Source: Candidatus Latescibacterota bacterium (GTDB lineage Bacteria; Latescibacterota; UBA2968; GCA-2709665). Taken from it: 64,000 nucleotides of DNA. The first letter of the stretch is position 1. Each line of letters opens with the position of its first letter. The stretch is from assembly GCA_965226795.1 (NCBI GenBank), contig CBDDDZ010000004.1:160001-224000 (forward strand), given 5' to 3'. The translations under genes were made by a program, and so were the position numbers. Below are positions 30,466-40,289 of the stretch, one piece after another. Under the pieces are notes generated by a model, which ran no database searches, was not told the DNA's origin, and worked only from the letters and a program-made list of their open reading frames with translations.

Positions 30466-31440
30466 TCACGTTTCGCGCAGCAACCTCTCGGTGGCGTTAT
30501 ACGGATCGTCACCCGCGCGGACCCTGGCCGCGGCGCGATCCAGGCATTCGGTAAGCCTCCGGTGCAAAGCGCATAAACCAGTCCGGCGCCGCATCCAATC
30601 GTAGAGCCAGCCGCGCCTCCACCCGCTCCTGTAATTCACGCCGGATCTGTCGTTCGCGCAAAGCTGCCAACCTGTGCTCCGTATTCAGATGGCGCGAGCG
30701 CGCCAGAAGCGTCTCGAAAAGCTCCCCCACGCCCCTGCCGTCCGTGCCGACCGTACGAACAAGCCGCCCTTCCCAGCCGTCGATTTCGCCCCGCGCATGA
30801 AGGGCTTCTCTGAGTTCTCCCGCCAGTCTATCCGCCCCGGCACGGTCGGATTTATTTAACGCAATCACATCCGCAATTTCCAACACGCCCGCTTTCAGCA
30901 CCTGGATTTCGTCACCCGACTCGGGCACGAGGGTCAGCACAACGGCATCTACGCAATAGGTTACATCTGTCCCGCGCCGCCCGGCACGTCGGTCTGCCCG
31001 ACCCCCGCCGTCTCCACGATCACCAGGTCCTTTCCCATGGCTTCCATCACCCGTACCGTGTCCCGCGCCGCCCGGCACAGCCCGCCCGGCAGACCCTCGT
31101 TCCCCATGCTTCGAATAAACACCGCCGGATCGCCCGACAGGCCCTGCATCCGGATCCGATCGCCCAACAGGGCGCCGCCGGAAAACGGGCTGGCGATATC
31201 CACAGCCAGAATACCCACCGCCCTTCCGGCGTCCCGAAAGCCTGTCGCGAGACGACCCGCGAGCGTACTCTTGCCCGCTCCGGGCGGACCGGTTATGCCG
31301 ATCCGGTAGGCGCCGCCCGTTGATGGATACAGGGCGGCAAGCATTGGCGCCGAATCGGATTCCCGTCGCTCTATGAGCGAAATGGCCCGCGCAGCGGCGC
31401 GGATATCGCCCGCGAGGATTCGGGCGGCCAGATCTCTCAT
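30466..31440 (-). pseudogene. meaB: methylmalonyl-CoA mutase-associated GTPase MeaB/ArgK, two frameshifts
   Basis: GITGPPGAGKST, GGALLGDRIRM, ETAGVGQ, QVLKAGVLEIAD, NKSD; third frame gives the C-terminus ...GDDPYNATERLLRET*. Confidence 0.88.
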
Positions 31441-31832
31441 TTCACGGCTTCCCGGAGTCGCGCGACAATGTCGCCCGTATGCGTTCCCGGACCCCAGAAG
31501 AATGCCAGTCCTCCGGCCTTGAGCGCCTCGTGGTCGGCTGGCGTAATGATGCCGCCGCCCACCAGCAGAATGTTATCCGCACCCCGCGCCCGAAGGAGAT
31601 CCATCACCTTCGGGAAGATCGTCAGATGGGCTCCCGAAAGAGAACTGATACCCAGCACATCCACGTCTTCCTGGATCGCTGTGTTCACCACCTCATCCGC
31701 CGTGCGATGCAGGCCCGTATAAATGACTTCCATCCCCGCATCCCGCAGCGCGCGCGCCACGACCTTGGCGCCCCGGTCGTGCCCGTCCAGACCTAACTTT
31801 GCAATCAGAACGCGTATTTTGCGAGCGGACAT
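31437..31832 (-). CDS. cobalamin-binding domain protein (methylmalonyl-CoA/acyl-CoA mutase small subunit)
   Basis: AKLGLDGHDRGAK (DxHxxG), SSLSGAH, VGGGII; overlaps the meaB start. Confidence 0.93.
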   Translation of the reverse strand: MSARKIRVLIAKLGLDGHDRGAKVVARALRDAGMEVIYTGLHRTADEVVNTAIQEDVDVLGISSLSGAHLTIFPKVMDLLRARGADNILLVGGGIITPADHEALKAGGLAFFWGPGTHTGDIVARLREAVK

Positions 31833-32243
31833 TTCTGACTCCCGGAGCAAGACCTTCTTCCTTGTAGAACTGGCCCAAATCCGCCGAGAACGAACAACTG
31901 AATTTCAGTATTTCGGGCTACCCTACCTGGTGGCTCAAACCGAAAACGAGGTTGAAGTGTGTTTTCCTTTTCCCAATCAGGCTAACGCGGCGCGTAGGCA
32001 CACCCAGGCCACTGCCGCAATACCGGTCAGTCGAGATACCACTCCCGCCTGAAAACGGTAGTGTTCCAATCGTATCTAAGGTCGCGGTTCACACTTGCGG
32101 CGCCAGCGCATGGTTCGCAGTAACCTAAATGTGGTTCGCGCCAGACGTCGAATCGGCCTGAAACGATCATTGCACGTTGCAGTTTGTGGTTGTCCGTACG
32201 CCGTCGGGAGGCCGTCGTTTTGGAGATCACGAAGGAGCCGATT

Positions 32244-32422
32244 ATACTCATGCGAGACGAAATCGAATTGTCGATGCCAGGATTTGTATCGCCGTGGAAG
32301 GGGCATTCACGCAGACGGAGGTCGAAGAAATAAAACGGATCACTGACGAGGTCGATTAGAAATCTCGTTGTGTTGCCCGAGGTAATGCCGTATCTGACCT
32401 GATTCGCGGACACGATGTCGAC
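32244..32422 (+). pseudogene. decayed 5' fragment of a PhyH gene paralogous to 37400..38266
   Basis: IAVEGAFTQTEVEEIKRITDEVD*KSRCVARGNAVSDLIRGH aligns without gaps to LGVEGVFTTEEADDLRRITDDFVEKSRQVAQSDDVFDLEPGH; AAGGAG RBS kept, ATG mutated to ATA. Confidence 0.7.
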
Positions 32423-32692
32423 GGACGTGCGACTCCAGCGACAAACTGGCTATAGTCGCCGAAAAATCGGTTACGGGCGCGTTGGTAGTACACGAACAAT
32501 TCGGGTACTGGTGTCATTGCGTGCCGTTTCACCGGCACTCGGAAATCCGCGGGATATGCCCATCATCCGGGCAGGGGATTGGGACCGTGTACACGACGGC
32601 CCGGAAAACCGCCCCGTGACTTGGCGCGTACAAGAGACGCGGAAATCTCTCGCATAGTTAGCGCCACCGCGATCAGCCCCTACTACAGACGT

Positions 32693-33953
32693 CTACATCG
32701 TCTCTCCTCCCGTTTCTGCGTGTCCACGGTCCTTCCAAAGCCGAACGACAAAGCGATCGTCTTCTTCTTCGAGATCCGGTTCCGTGCCATTGTGGCGCCG
32801 CATCGATTCGATTATTCGGTTGCGGATCCCCATTCCCTGATGCTCGATGTAACGGTAGTCGCGGAGAATCTCCTTGAGCAACTCATTACGGGCCACACGT
32901 ACGACACCTTCTTTCATCTTGTCTACGGTAACGCCATTCGGCAGTCGTCCCGGCGAAATGACCTCCAGTCGATCCACGTACATCGAGACCTCGATGTCGG
33001 TTCCTTCGCGCGAGTAGTCTCGATGCACCACGGCGTTCACTACGGCTTCTCGTACCGCGTCAAGAGGGAAAGCTCTTTTTCGACGACGACGGGCACCGTC
33101 GAGCCATGCGACGCTTCCCATGTTGCGTTTCACGAAATCCACCGTGCGGTCGATGACGCCTCTCTCTACTACGGCCCCGCGCTTGGATGACAATCGGGAC
33201 CAGCGGCCCGCGGATTCGCTCCTCATCGACCGTATTGTAGTCCTTCTCAGCGCTGGGAAATGCCGCTGCCGTCACACCAGCCTGCGGTAGACGACGGTTG
33301 GGATTCACACCGAACAGTAAGAGGCCCGCAACTGACGCGTTATCACCGTCTCCGGCAGCAACCAGCAAGTCGGAATTGAGCAAAAGGTGCCGCCAGCTTT
33401 CGACGTCGACCCTGCCCGGCACTGATCGCTTCAGAACATCACTGAGGTAGTTCTCGATCCGGCCGATGTCCAGGCTATCCAACCCCATTCCTGCCACGGC
33501 CTTCGTCTCGTAACGGACCAGTCTGGCAGCTTGGTAGAGCCTTCCTTCTTCCTCTCGTGTCGCTTCTCGCGACACACTTCCTACACGGGTGTATGTGACC
33601 CATGCCTTTCCACGCCTGGCTCTATGGGGCTTGCCCGGACTGTCGGCGGAAAATTCCGCGATACCGACTACGCACCCATCATCCATCACCATGGAGGTCC
33701 ATACCGGTATTGATGGGGGTTGAAGGTTGTTGTGGGCTATATTCATGAGCCACTCTTCTGCTTCCTTCTGGCTCCTTGTGAGTCCAGAGATTCGACCATC
33801 ATCTTCCACCCCGAGCAGGATGACACCGCCCTCAAGGTTCAACAGCGCGGACATCTCCTTGGTGACGTCATCCTGATGGCAGTCGTCCCGCTTGAACTCA
33901 ACGCGGGAGTTCTCGCGATTGGCGATGATTTCGAGCATCTCCGTTCTGTTCAT
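32693..33953 (-). pseudogene. Schlafen/AlbA_2 domain + HATPase_c_4 (RecG-C-like) protein, frameshift near 33190
   Basis: ENSRVEFKRD, ALLNLEGGVILLGVEDDG (AlbA_2); second frame gives AVREAVVNAVVHRDY, ISPG.LP, RNELL, GMGI. Confidence 0.85.
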
Positions 33954-33956
33954 TGG

Positions 33957-36652
33957 TCAGAATCCGTACTTCCGGCGCCGCGTCTCGAACGCCTCGCGAC
34001 CGCCCTCGAGAATCTCCTCCACGAGTTCCCGAACCATTCGGGAGTCAATCGATCCCGCATGTTCAGGTGCGATACGTGCCCGCCCTATACCTGCCTCGCC
34101 AGCGGCCGAAAGCCCGAGAATGAGCTCGGCGTCGCCGAGGACTGGGATGTTTGCGTTGTGCGTTGAGAAGATGAACTGGCGACGTTTCTTTTCCTCTCGC
34201 ATGCGAGGAACGACGCCCTCGGTGATAAAGCGGTTATCAAGGTCATCCTCCGGCTGGTCCACGATCAGTGGAGCACCCGACTCAAGAAGAAGAAGAACAG
34301 CGGTTGCCTTCTGTCCCGTAGATAGATCGTCGAGGTGTTTCCATGCGGGTGCCTCCCCCGCCGGCGTGGTGTTGAGACGGATCGCTGTCGTCGGCGCAAG
34401 CTCCAGTTCCTCGATTTTCATAAACACTTCCCGCTCCCCGGCGGCGAAACGTTCCGCCTGGCCAGGCGTGATGCCGTACCTATTGCGCAACGCCTCGGCG
34501 CCGGATCGGCACGCTTCGACGAATTGCGTAAGCGAAAGCTCGGGAGCCCTGCGAAGACTCTCAACGGCCTCCGACATGCGACCTCCGATCTCTTCACGAA
34601 GCATCTTGAAGAGTGGCTCACGATCTCCCGCGCCGGTTATCTCCACCTGTACGCGGTTTCGGAGATTCTCGCTAACTTTCCTTGCCGCTTGGTCGAACGT
34701 GCGGAATTCCGCGGCCTTGATGTCTTCCCACTCTGCAAGTAGCATGCGACGTTGGTCGTCGTGCTCTTTCTCCAAACGACGAAGAAGGACAAGACGTTCC
34801 TGCAGCGGGCGCAGTTCCTCAATCTGGCGACGAAGCCGGATGAATTCCTCCCCGTCCACACGCGACTTCTGAAGTTCGCGAAGGATCCGTTCGTAGTCAG
34901 TCTGAACCTGCTGCCTTCGGACGTCCCAAGCGATCCGCACCTTGTCGATTCCGTGATCGGCCCGCTCCAGTGCGCGCATTAACTCGTCCGCGATGCGCTC
35001 TACTTCGATGCCTAGATCGGTGAGAACCTGGTTCGACCCCGAGAGGATTTCCCTACCTGGAAGGTCCGCTAGCGCCCGCTCAGACAAGAAGGCCAGATCG
35101 ATCGGAAGCTCATTCCGCAAGAGATCCAAAGCCTCGCGGAATGCCTCCAAACGTTGGGGAACGGAGCCAAGCACGCGTTCCTCTCGCACGAGCAGGCTCT
35201 GCTCCTTAAGGCGCTCTTCAAGACCCACTTCCTGAAACCGTTCAAGCGTTTCCTTCAGTCGGGGAAGGGCGGCAAGTCGCTCTTCGGCCGACTCAATCTC
35301 GGCGCGGGTGTTGCACAATGCGCGACGGTTTTTGGTGAGTTTGTTACCCAGCGACGTCTTGCGACGCAAGAGTGACTCATCACGCTCGACGAAGCCGTCA
35401 AGCAAGCGTGTGAGCTTATCGGGGCTTCTTGCAAGTTCCGATATCTCGTGCTGGCCGTAGACCTCGACCCGAGGAAGAATGTCCGTGGGTGCGAGGTGCA
35501 GCACTTCCCCGTCGGCTTCGCGTACCAACGGCGGATTGGGTACGGTTCGCTCGATGCGATATTCGCGAACCCCGGGGCGTTGGACTCGGACCCTAAGCGA
35601 TATCTTCGTCCCGTTGCGCAACACATGACGGACAATCCCTTCATGTGCGTGGCGAGCTTCTTCGCCGATCGGGGCGAGCCCAAGCACGCTGCGGATACTC
35701 TCGACTATCGTGGACTTGCCGTGCCGCGGCCGCCAATGAGCACGTTCAGGTTGGGATTAAGGCGTACGCTTACGCCATCGAGGAATCCGCCTTCCCAACC
35801 TATGGATACCAACTCCATGTGCTCCTCGGGCTCGAATTCCCCATCCTTGGGATTCATGCGGATGCGTGATCCTGGATCGAGGAACGACTGCCGTAGTCCG
35901 TCGATGCTGACTTCGTCCATCTTGATCCAGCAAGTGGCCGACCGATCGTCGAGTTGTTCAGCTTCGACGATGTCCTTTGCATTGACCGTGGCAATTGCGA
36001 CTCCGGGTTCAGGGGCGTGGGTGCGGCGGTAATCTGCGTTGTTATTCTTTACGATCTGGCGGATATCAGGCGGCAGATCGTCAACGGCGCCCGGGATCTG
36101 AACGGCCAGGAGGTTCTCGTGCCGCCAGGCGCGAATCCTGGCCTGACCCAGTAGTACTTTGAACAGACCTCGTTTGCTCGTCGCGTGCGCTGCAATCGAA
36201 ATCCCCCCGTGACTCTGAACGACGTCCAGAATGTCTGCGAACGTCTTGTTGGCAAGATCGGGAGAGGGGTCGGTATCGTGTATGCCAAATTCACCGAGAT
36301 ACCGTTCAAGCCTATCGAGTTCCGTATCCGGAGGGTAAAGGCAGAGGATGTGAACGCCCTCGCTCGACGACAGCTCAAACCCGGGAAAAATGCGGACTGC
36401 GCGATTACGTGCAGCGGATCGAAAAGCAGCGACCGCGCTGACACTATTATGATCGGTGATGGCGAGTACCTCGATGCCGAGTTCGACAGCCTTATCGACA
36501 ATGGCCTGTGCGTGGCTGATCGTGTCTCCGTCGGACGGCTGCCCACGGAAGGTACCGCCGTAGTGGTACGGGTTCACTTGAAGCGCACACTTGTAGAAAC
36601 GTGCTCCCGCAGGTGCCCGGGCGTCTAAGTTGGTATCCATCGTCACATTCAC
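33957..36652 (-). pseudogene. PHP phosphoesterase fused to an ABC/SMC-type ATPase (Ppl/TrlF-like), one-base frameshift in Walker A
   Basis: AITDHN, GFEL, HIL, AAH; IGGRGT^KSTIVESIR across ~35720; coiled coils; LSTGQK, LIVDQPEDDLD, STHN. Confidence 0.85.
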
Positions 36653-37046
36653 TTGTGTCCTACTGCGGTGTGCGCCGTTGTCGAGTTGATCGCCCTACCA
36701 TGTTCCGCGCAGTCAGACTCTTCGATCAAGTGATAAACCTGGCGTTGCGATTCAATCGATTGGGCGGCGACGTACTTTGCAAACCAAGGTCTTCTCACGC
36801 CACCTTCGCGGGTTGCTCGTGGGGCAACTCCATGTGGAATTGCCGGCGCGATAAACAACGCTCATCGTCTATGGTCGTGCGTGCGAGGCAGACGGCGCGT
36901 CGGCGCCGCGAAATTTCAGTCTACAAGCGTCGCCCATTTTGCAAAGGCTTGCCGCGCATGCGAGTAAGATTCAACCGAATATGATTACGGAAGGGAGACT
37001 GTCCGCCGAGTCTGACAGACCGAAATGATAACCGTCGGGACAGCTT

Positions 37047-37076
37047 AAAATAGGCTAAGATGTACGTGAGTGTCAA
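37047..37076 (-). promoter_or_regulatory. possible sigma70 promoter facing the PHP-ATPase operon
   Basis: TTGACA-18bp-TATTTT on the minus strand. Confidence 0.35.
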
Positions 37077-37399
37077 TCAGATTCTCCATGTCACAGCGGA
37101 GATCGCTAATTAGAAAAGACCCCACCGGGGTCTGTTTTCTGCAAACGGCGCTAAAGTTCACCTAGGTGAAAAGGCCTCCCAAAGTGATCAATGTGCAAAC
37201 CCCGCTCGACCCTCCGCCGTCCCTATCCACGATTCCCGCAAAGCGGGTTCCCGGATCATTCCGTTGTCCGCCGGATTCTCCCGTCCACACGCGTACTCGC
37301 ACATCGCCGGTTGCGAATCCGCGACTCGATCCTTATATTCACCCTATTCATGCACAATCGTACCACACGCCCATTCTCCGTTTATGAAAGGACTCGATC

Positions 37400-38266
37400 A
37401 TGCTCACCCGGGAACAGATCGAAGCTTACCATGCCGACGGTTTTCTTGGCGTGGAAGGGGTGTTTACGACAGAGGAGGCTGACGACCTCAGGCGGATCAC
37501 GGATGACTTTGTCGAAAAATCCCGGCAGGTGGCCCAAAGCGACGATGTATTCGACCTGGAACCCGGGCACTGTGCCGAAACACCTCGCCTCAGACGGATC
37601 AAGGAACCCACAAACCAGCACAAGGTCTATGCCCGATCCCAATCCGACATGAGATTAATGGAGATCGTTTCGCGGCTCATTGGCCCCAATATCCGTTGCA
37701 ACGGACAAAAACTCAACATGAAATCCGCGGAATTCGGCAGCCCCGTCGAGTGGCACCAAGACTGGGCCTTTTACCCCCACACCAACGACGACCTCCTGGC
37801 CGTGGGAATCGCCATCGACGCCATGACCTCGGAGAACGGCTGTCTTATGGCCATTCCCGGATCGCACAGAGGACGCGTCTACAACCACCACCAGGACGGA
37901 CATTTCGCGGGCGCCGTAACCGAAGCCGACTTTAACGCCGAGGGTGCCGTACCCATCGAAGTCGGGGCCGGAGGTGTTTCGATCCACCACGTTCGCGCGC
38001 TGCACGGCTCAGTACCCAACACGTCAAGCCGACCCCGCCGTCTGCTGCTGTTTGCGTACGCCGCCGCGGACGCCTGGCCCCTTGTGCCGCCGGTAACGGA
38101 CTGGGAGGCATTCAATGCGAAGATCGTCGCCGGAAGACCCACGTACGAACCCCGTCTTACGGATGTTCCCGTCCGGGTACCCTATCCACCGGCACCAAGG
38201 GGTGGCTCCATCTACGAGATTCAAACCGCCCTGAAAAACCCCTTGTATGGCAGAAAGGCCGGATAA
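37400..38266 (+). CDS. PhyH family dioxygenase
   Basis: KLNMK, WHQD, ENGCL..IPGSH, LHGS..N, R. Confidence 0.92.
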   Translation: MLTREQIEAYHADGFLGVEGVFTTEEADDLRRITDDFVEKSRQVAQSDDVFDLEPGHCAETPRLRRIKEPTNQHKVYARSQSDMRLMEIVSRLIGPNIRCNGQKLNMKSAEFGSPVEWHQDWAFYPHTNDDLLAVGIAIDAMTSENGCLMAIPGSHRGRVYNHHQDGHFAGAVTEADFNAEGAVPIEVGAGGVSIHHVRALHGSVPNTSSRPRRLLLFAYAAADAWPLVPPVTDWEAFNAKIVAGRPTYEPRLTDVPVRVPYPPAPRGGSIYEIQTALKNPLYGRKAG

Positions 38267-39039
38267 TGGAGGCAACGGTATACCTTGATCCCGACGACGT
38301 TTCCGATTTCCACCGAGACGGATACGTCCTGGTCGAGGACCTCTTCAGCGAAGACGAGGTCCGCATCCTGCTCAACGCCGTTGAAACGGGCGCGCGGGTG
38401 GCGGAGAACACCCGCACCACTTCCGACGCGTCGGGAATGACGTCCAGGCTGGCTATCTGGAACGAATTGGGAAACGACATCTGGACCGCGGTGTCCACGT
38501 GTCCCCGCATTGTCAACAATATCCGTATCCTTCTGGGTGAAGAGGTCGCCTTTTTCCACGGCAAAGTGATGTTCAAAGATGCCCACGAAGGCGGGGCGTG
38601 GGAATGGCACCAGGACTACGGATACTGGTATAATCAGGGATTCGTCTTTCCCCGCATGGTCAGCGCATTTATCGCCCTGGACGAATGCAAGCGGGAAAAT
38701 GGCTGCCTGCGGGTGCTGCGCGGATCCCATCACCTGGGGCGGCTGGATCACGTCAGAGTCGGCACCCAGACCGGCACCGATCCCGTCAGAATCGCGGGTA
38801 TCGAACCCCTGTTGGATTGTGTCTCCTGTGAGATGCCGCCCGGCTCGGTCCTCTTCTTTCACTGCAATCTTCTGCATTCCTCGACGCCCAATACGTCCAG
38901 CCGCCATCGGCGGTCATTCATCATCTGTTACAACGCTCTGGGCAACCCCCAGCTTGCCGAGAAGAAGACCGCCGACCAATACCCCTGTCCGGTGGCGCCG
39001 GACAACGCCATCTCCAAGTACGGACCGGTCCCTGGATGA
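38266..39039 (+). CDS. PhyH family dioxygenase
   Basis: WEWHQDYGYW, ENGCLRVLRGSH, LLHSS; TAATG overlap with the previous gene. Confidence 0.92.
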   Translation: MEATVYLDPDDVSDFHRDGYVLVEDLFSEDEVRILLNAVETGARVAENTRTTSDASGMTSRLAIWNELGNDIWTAVSTCPRIVNNIRILLGEEVAFFHGKVMFKDAHEGGAWEWHQDYGYWYNQGFVFPRMVSAFIALDECKRENGCLRVLRGSHHLGRLDHVRVGTQTGTDPVRIAGIEPLLDCVSCEMPPGSVLFFHCNLLHSSTPNTSSRHRRSFIICYNALGNPQLAEKKTADQYPCPVAPDNAISKYGPVPG

Positions 39040-39130
39040 TCCTGAACAGGGTTCGCGCTGATGCGCCTTTTGGAACCGCGTCCAAGCGCTTCCGGACATT
39101 TGCCCGGGGATGCGGCCTTCGGAAGCGTCC

Positions 39131-40174
39131 TTATCCGCACAATACCTCATGTTCACGGTTCCGTCCCGTCAGCGGCAACTCCACCCACGCGGCGTTCCTG
39201 GCATGGGAGACGTGGAAGCCCACGATTGCCTCCAGCGTCCGGACGGCTTCCGATGCCGCGTACGGAAAGGATGCCCCACCGTCCAGCCAATCCACAATCT
39301 CGCCCACCGCCACATCCATTGAAGAAGAAGAACCCTGCGGCGCCAGCCAGGTATCCCGCCGCCCGTCCCGGAACTCCAGGATCACGTCCCTGCCGTCTAC
39401 ACTTGCGCGGCCCTCTGTACCATTGATCGAAATCCGCGGCGGCAACATCGCATAATCCGCCGCGTCTACCGTGCAGATGAGTCCGCGCTCCAGACGCAGC
39501 ATGCCCCAGCCGCCCGGGTCGCGGAACTGCGCGCCGCGGCAATCCGGCTTCCCGGCCCCATCCAGTGTTCCCGACACCGCCTCAACTGCCCGCCCCGTCA
39601 GCATCTGGATCGTATCGATAAAATGCGTTCCCACGTTGCCCAACCGCCCCGAGCCCCATTGCATGGATGCGGACGTCAGTTCTCCCAATACGCCGTCCGC
39701 CACGAGGTCGCGCAGACGCCGGGCGTTAGGCTGAAACCGCCGGTTGTGGTTCACGACGAGCAGGGCGCCGGCGTCTCCACAGGCCTTCCGCATCCGCTCG
39801 GCGTCTGAAACCCGGGTCGCAATGGGTTTTTCGCAATAGACGGCGCGCACACCCTGCCTCGCGCACGCAACCGCGATCTGGACATGAAAGGGCGCATAAG
39901 TCGCCACACTTACAATATCGAGTGTCTCCCCAGCCAGCATCTCCCGCCAGTCGGCGTAGGTCGGCGTGCCCGTGCGGGCATGGAAACGCTCCCGACGTCC
40001 GATGTCCCGGCTGGATCCGGACGAGATAACGACCCGGGGATGCCCGCCTAACGCATCGGCATGGGTTCCGTCCAGATCGCCCACGGATTGTCCGATTGCG
40101 TCGCCGGATACCTGGTCCGCGCCGCCGATAAAGCCCAGACCCACAATTCCGGCACGATAGGATTTACCAGTCAT
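39131..40174 (-). CDS. Gfo/Idh/MocA family oxidoreductase
   Basis: GIVGLGFIG, CEKPIA, NHNRRF, GTHFID. Confidence 0.9.
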   Translation of the reverse strand: MTGKSYRAGIVGLGFIGGADQVSGDAIGQSVGDLDGTHADALGGHPRVVISSGSSRDIGRRERFHARTGTPTYADWREMLAGETLDIVSVATYAPFHVQIAVACARQGVRAVYCEKPIATRVSDAERMRKACGDAGALLVVNHNRRFQPNARRLRDLVADGVLGELTSASMQWGSGRLGNVGTHFIDTIQMLTGRAVEAVSGTLDGAGKPDCRGAQFRDPGGWGMLRLERGLICTVDAADYAMLPPRISINGTEGRASVDGRDVILEFRDGRRDTWLAPQGSSSSMDVAVGEIVDWLDGGASFPYAASEAVRTLEAIVGFHVSHARNAAWVELPLTGRNREHEVLCG

Positions 40175-40289
40175 GGAATCTCCTCTTTCGGTTCAGTTTT
40201 CGGCGATTCGACGTCCCGGTCCATCTCCCCTGCCATAATGCACAGCCGTACTTCATTCGCCCGGTCGGGTTCCGTCGGCTCCGGATTCC

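Noticed and set aside
30198..30856. DGR template/variable repeat pair
   Set aside because: The copies do not differ at adenines and there is no reverse transcriptase in the window.
31855..32060. Cobalamin riboswitch upstream of the B12-binding gene
   Set aside because: The only GCCACTG is on the wrong strand and the B12-box elements are not found.
32640..32690. Integron attC site (CGCTAAC after the Schlafen gene)
   Set aside because: No complementary GTTRRRY core at a plausible distance and no integrase.
35700..35740. Programmed ribosomal frameshift in the PHP-ATPase
   Set aside because: No slippery heptamer at the site; a simple one-base loss explains it.
36649..36858. Small ORF upstream of the PHP-ATPase as a third island gene
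   Set aside because: No clear RBS or motif; may be a remnant but cannot be supported.
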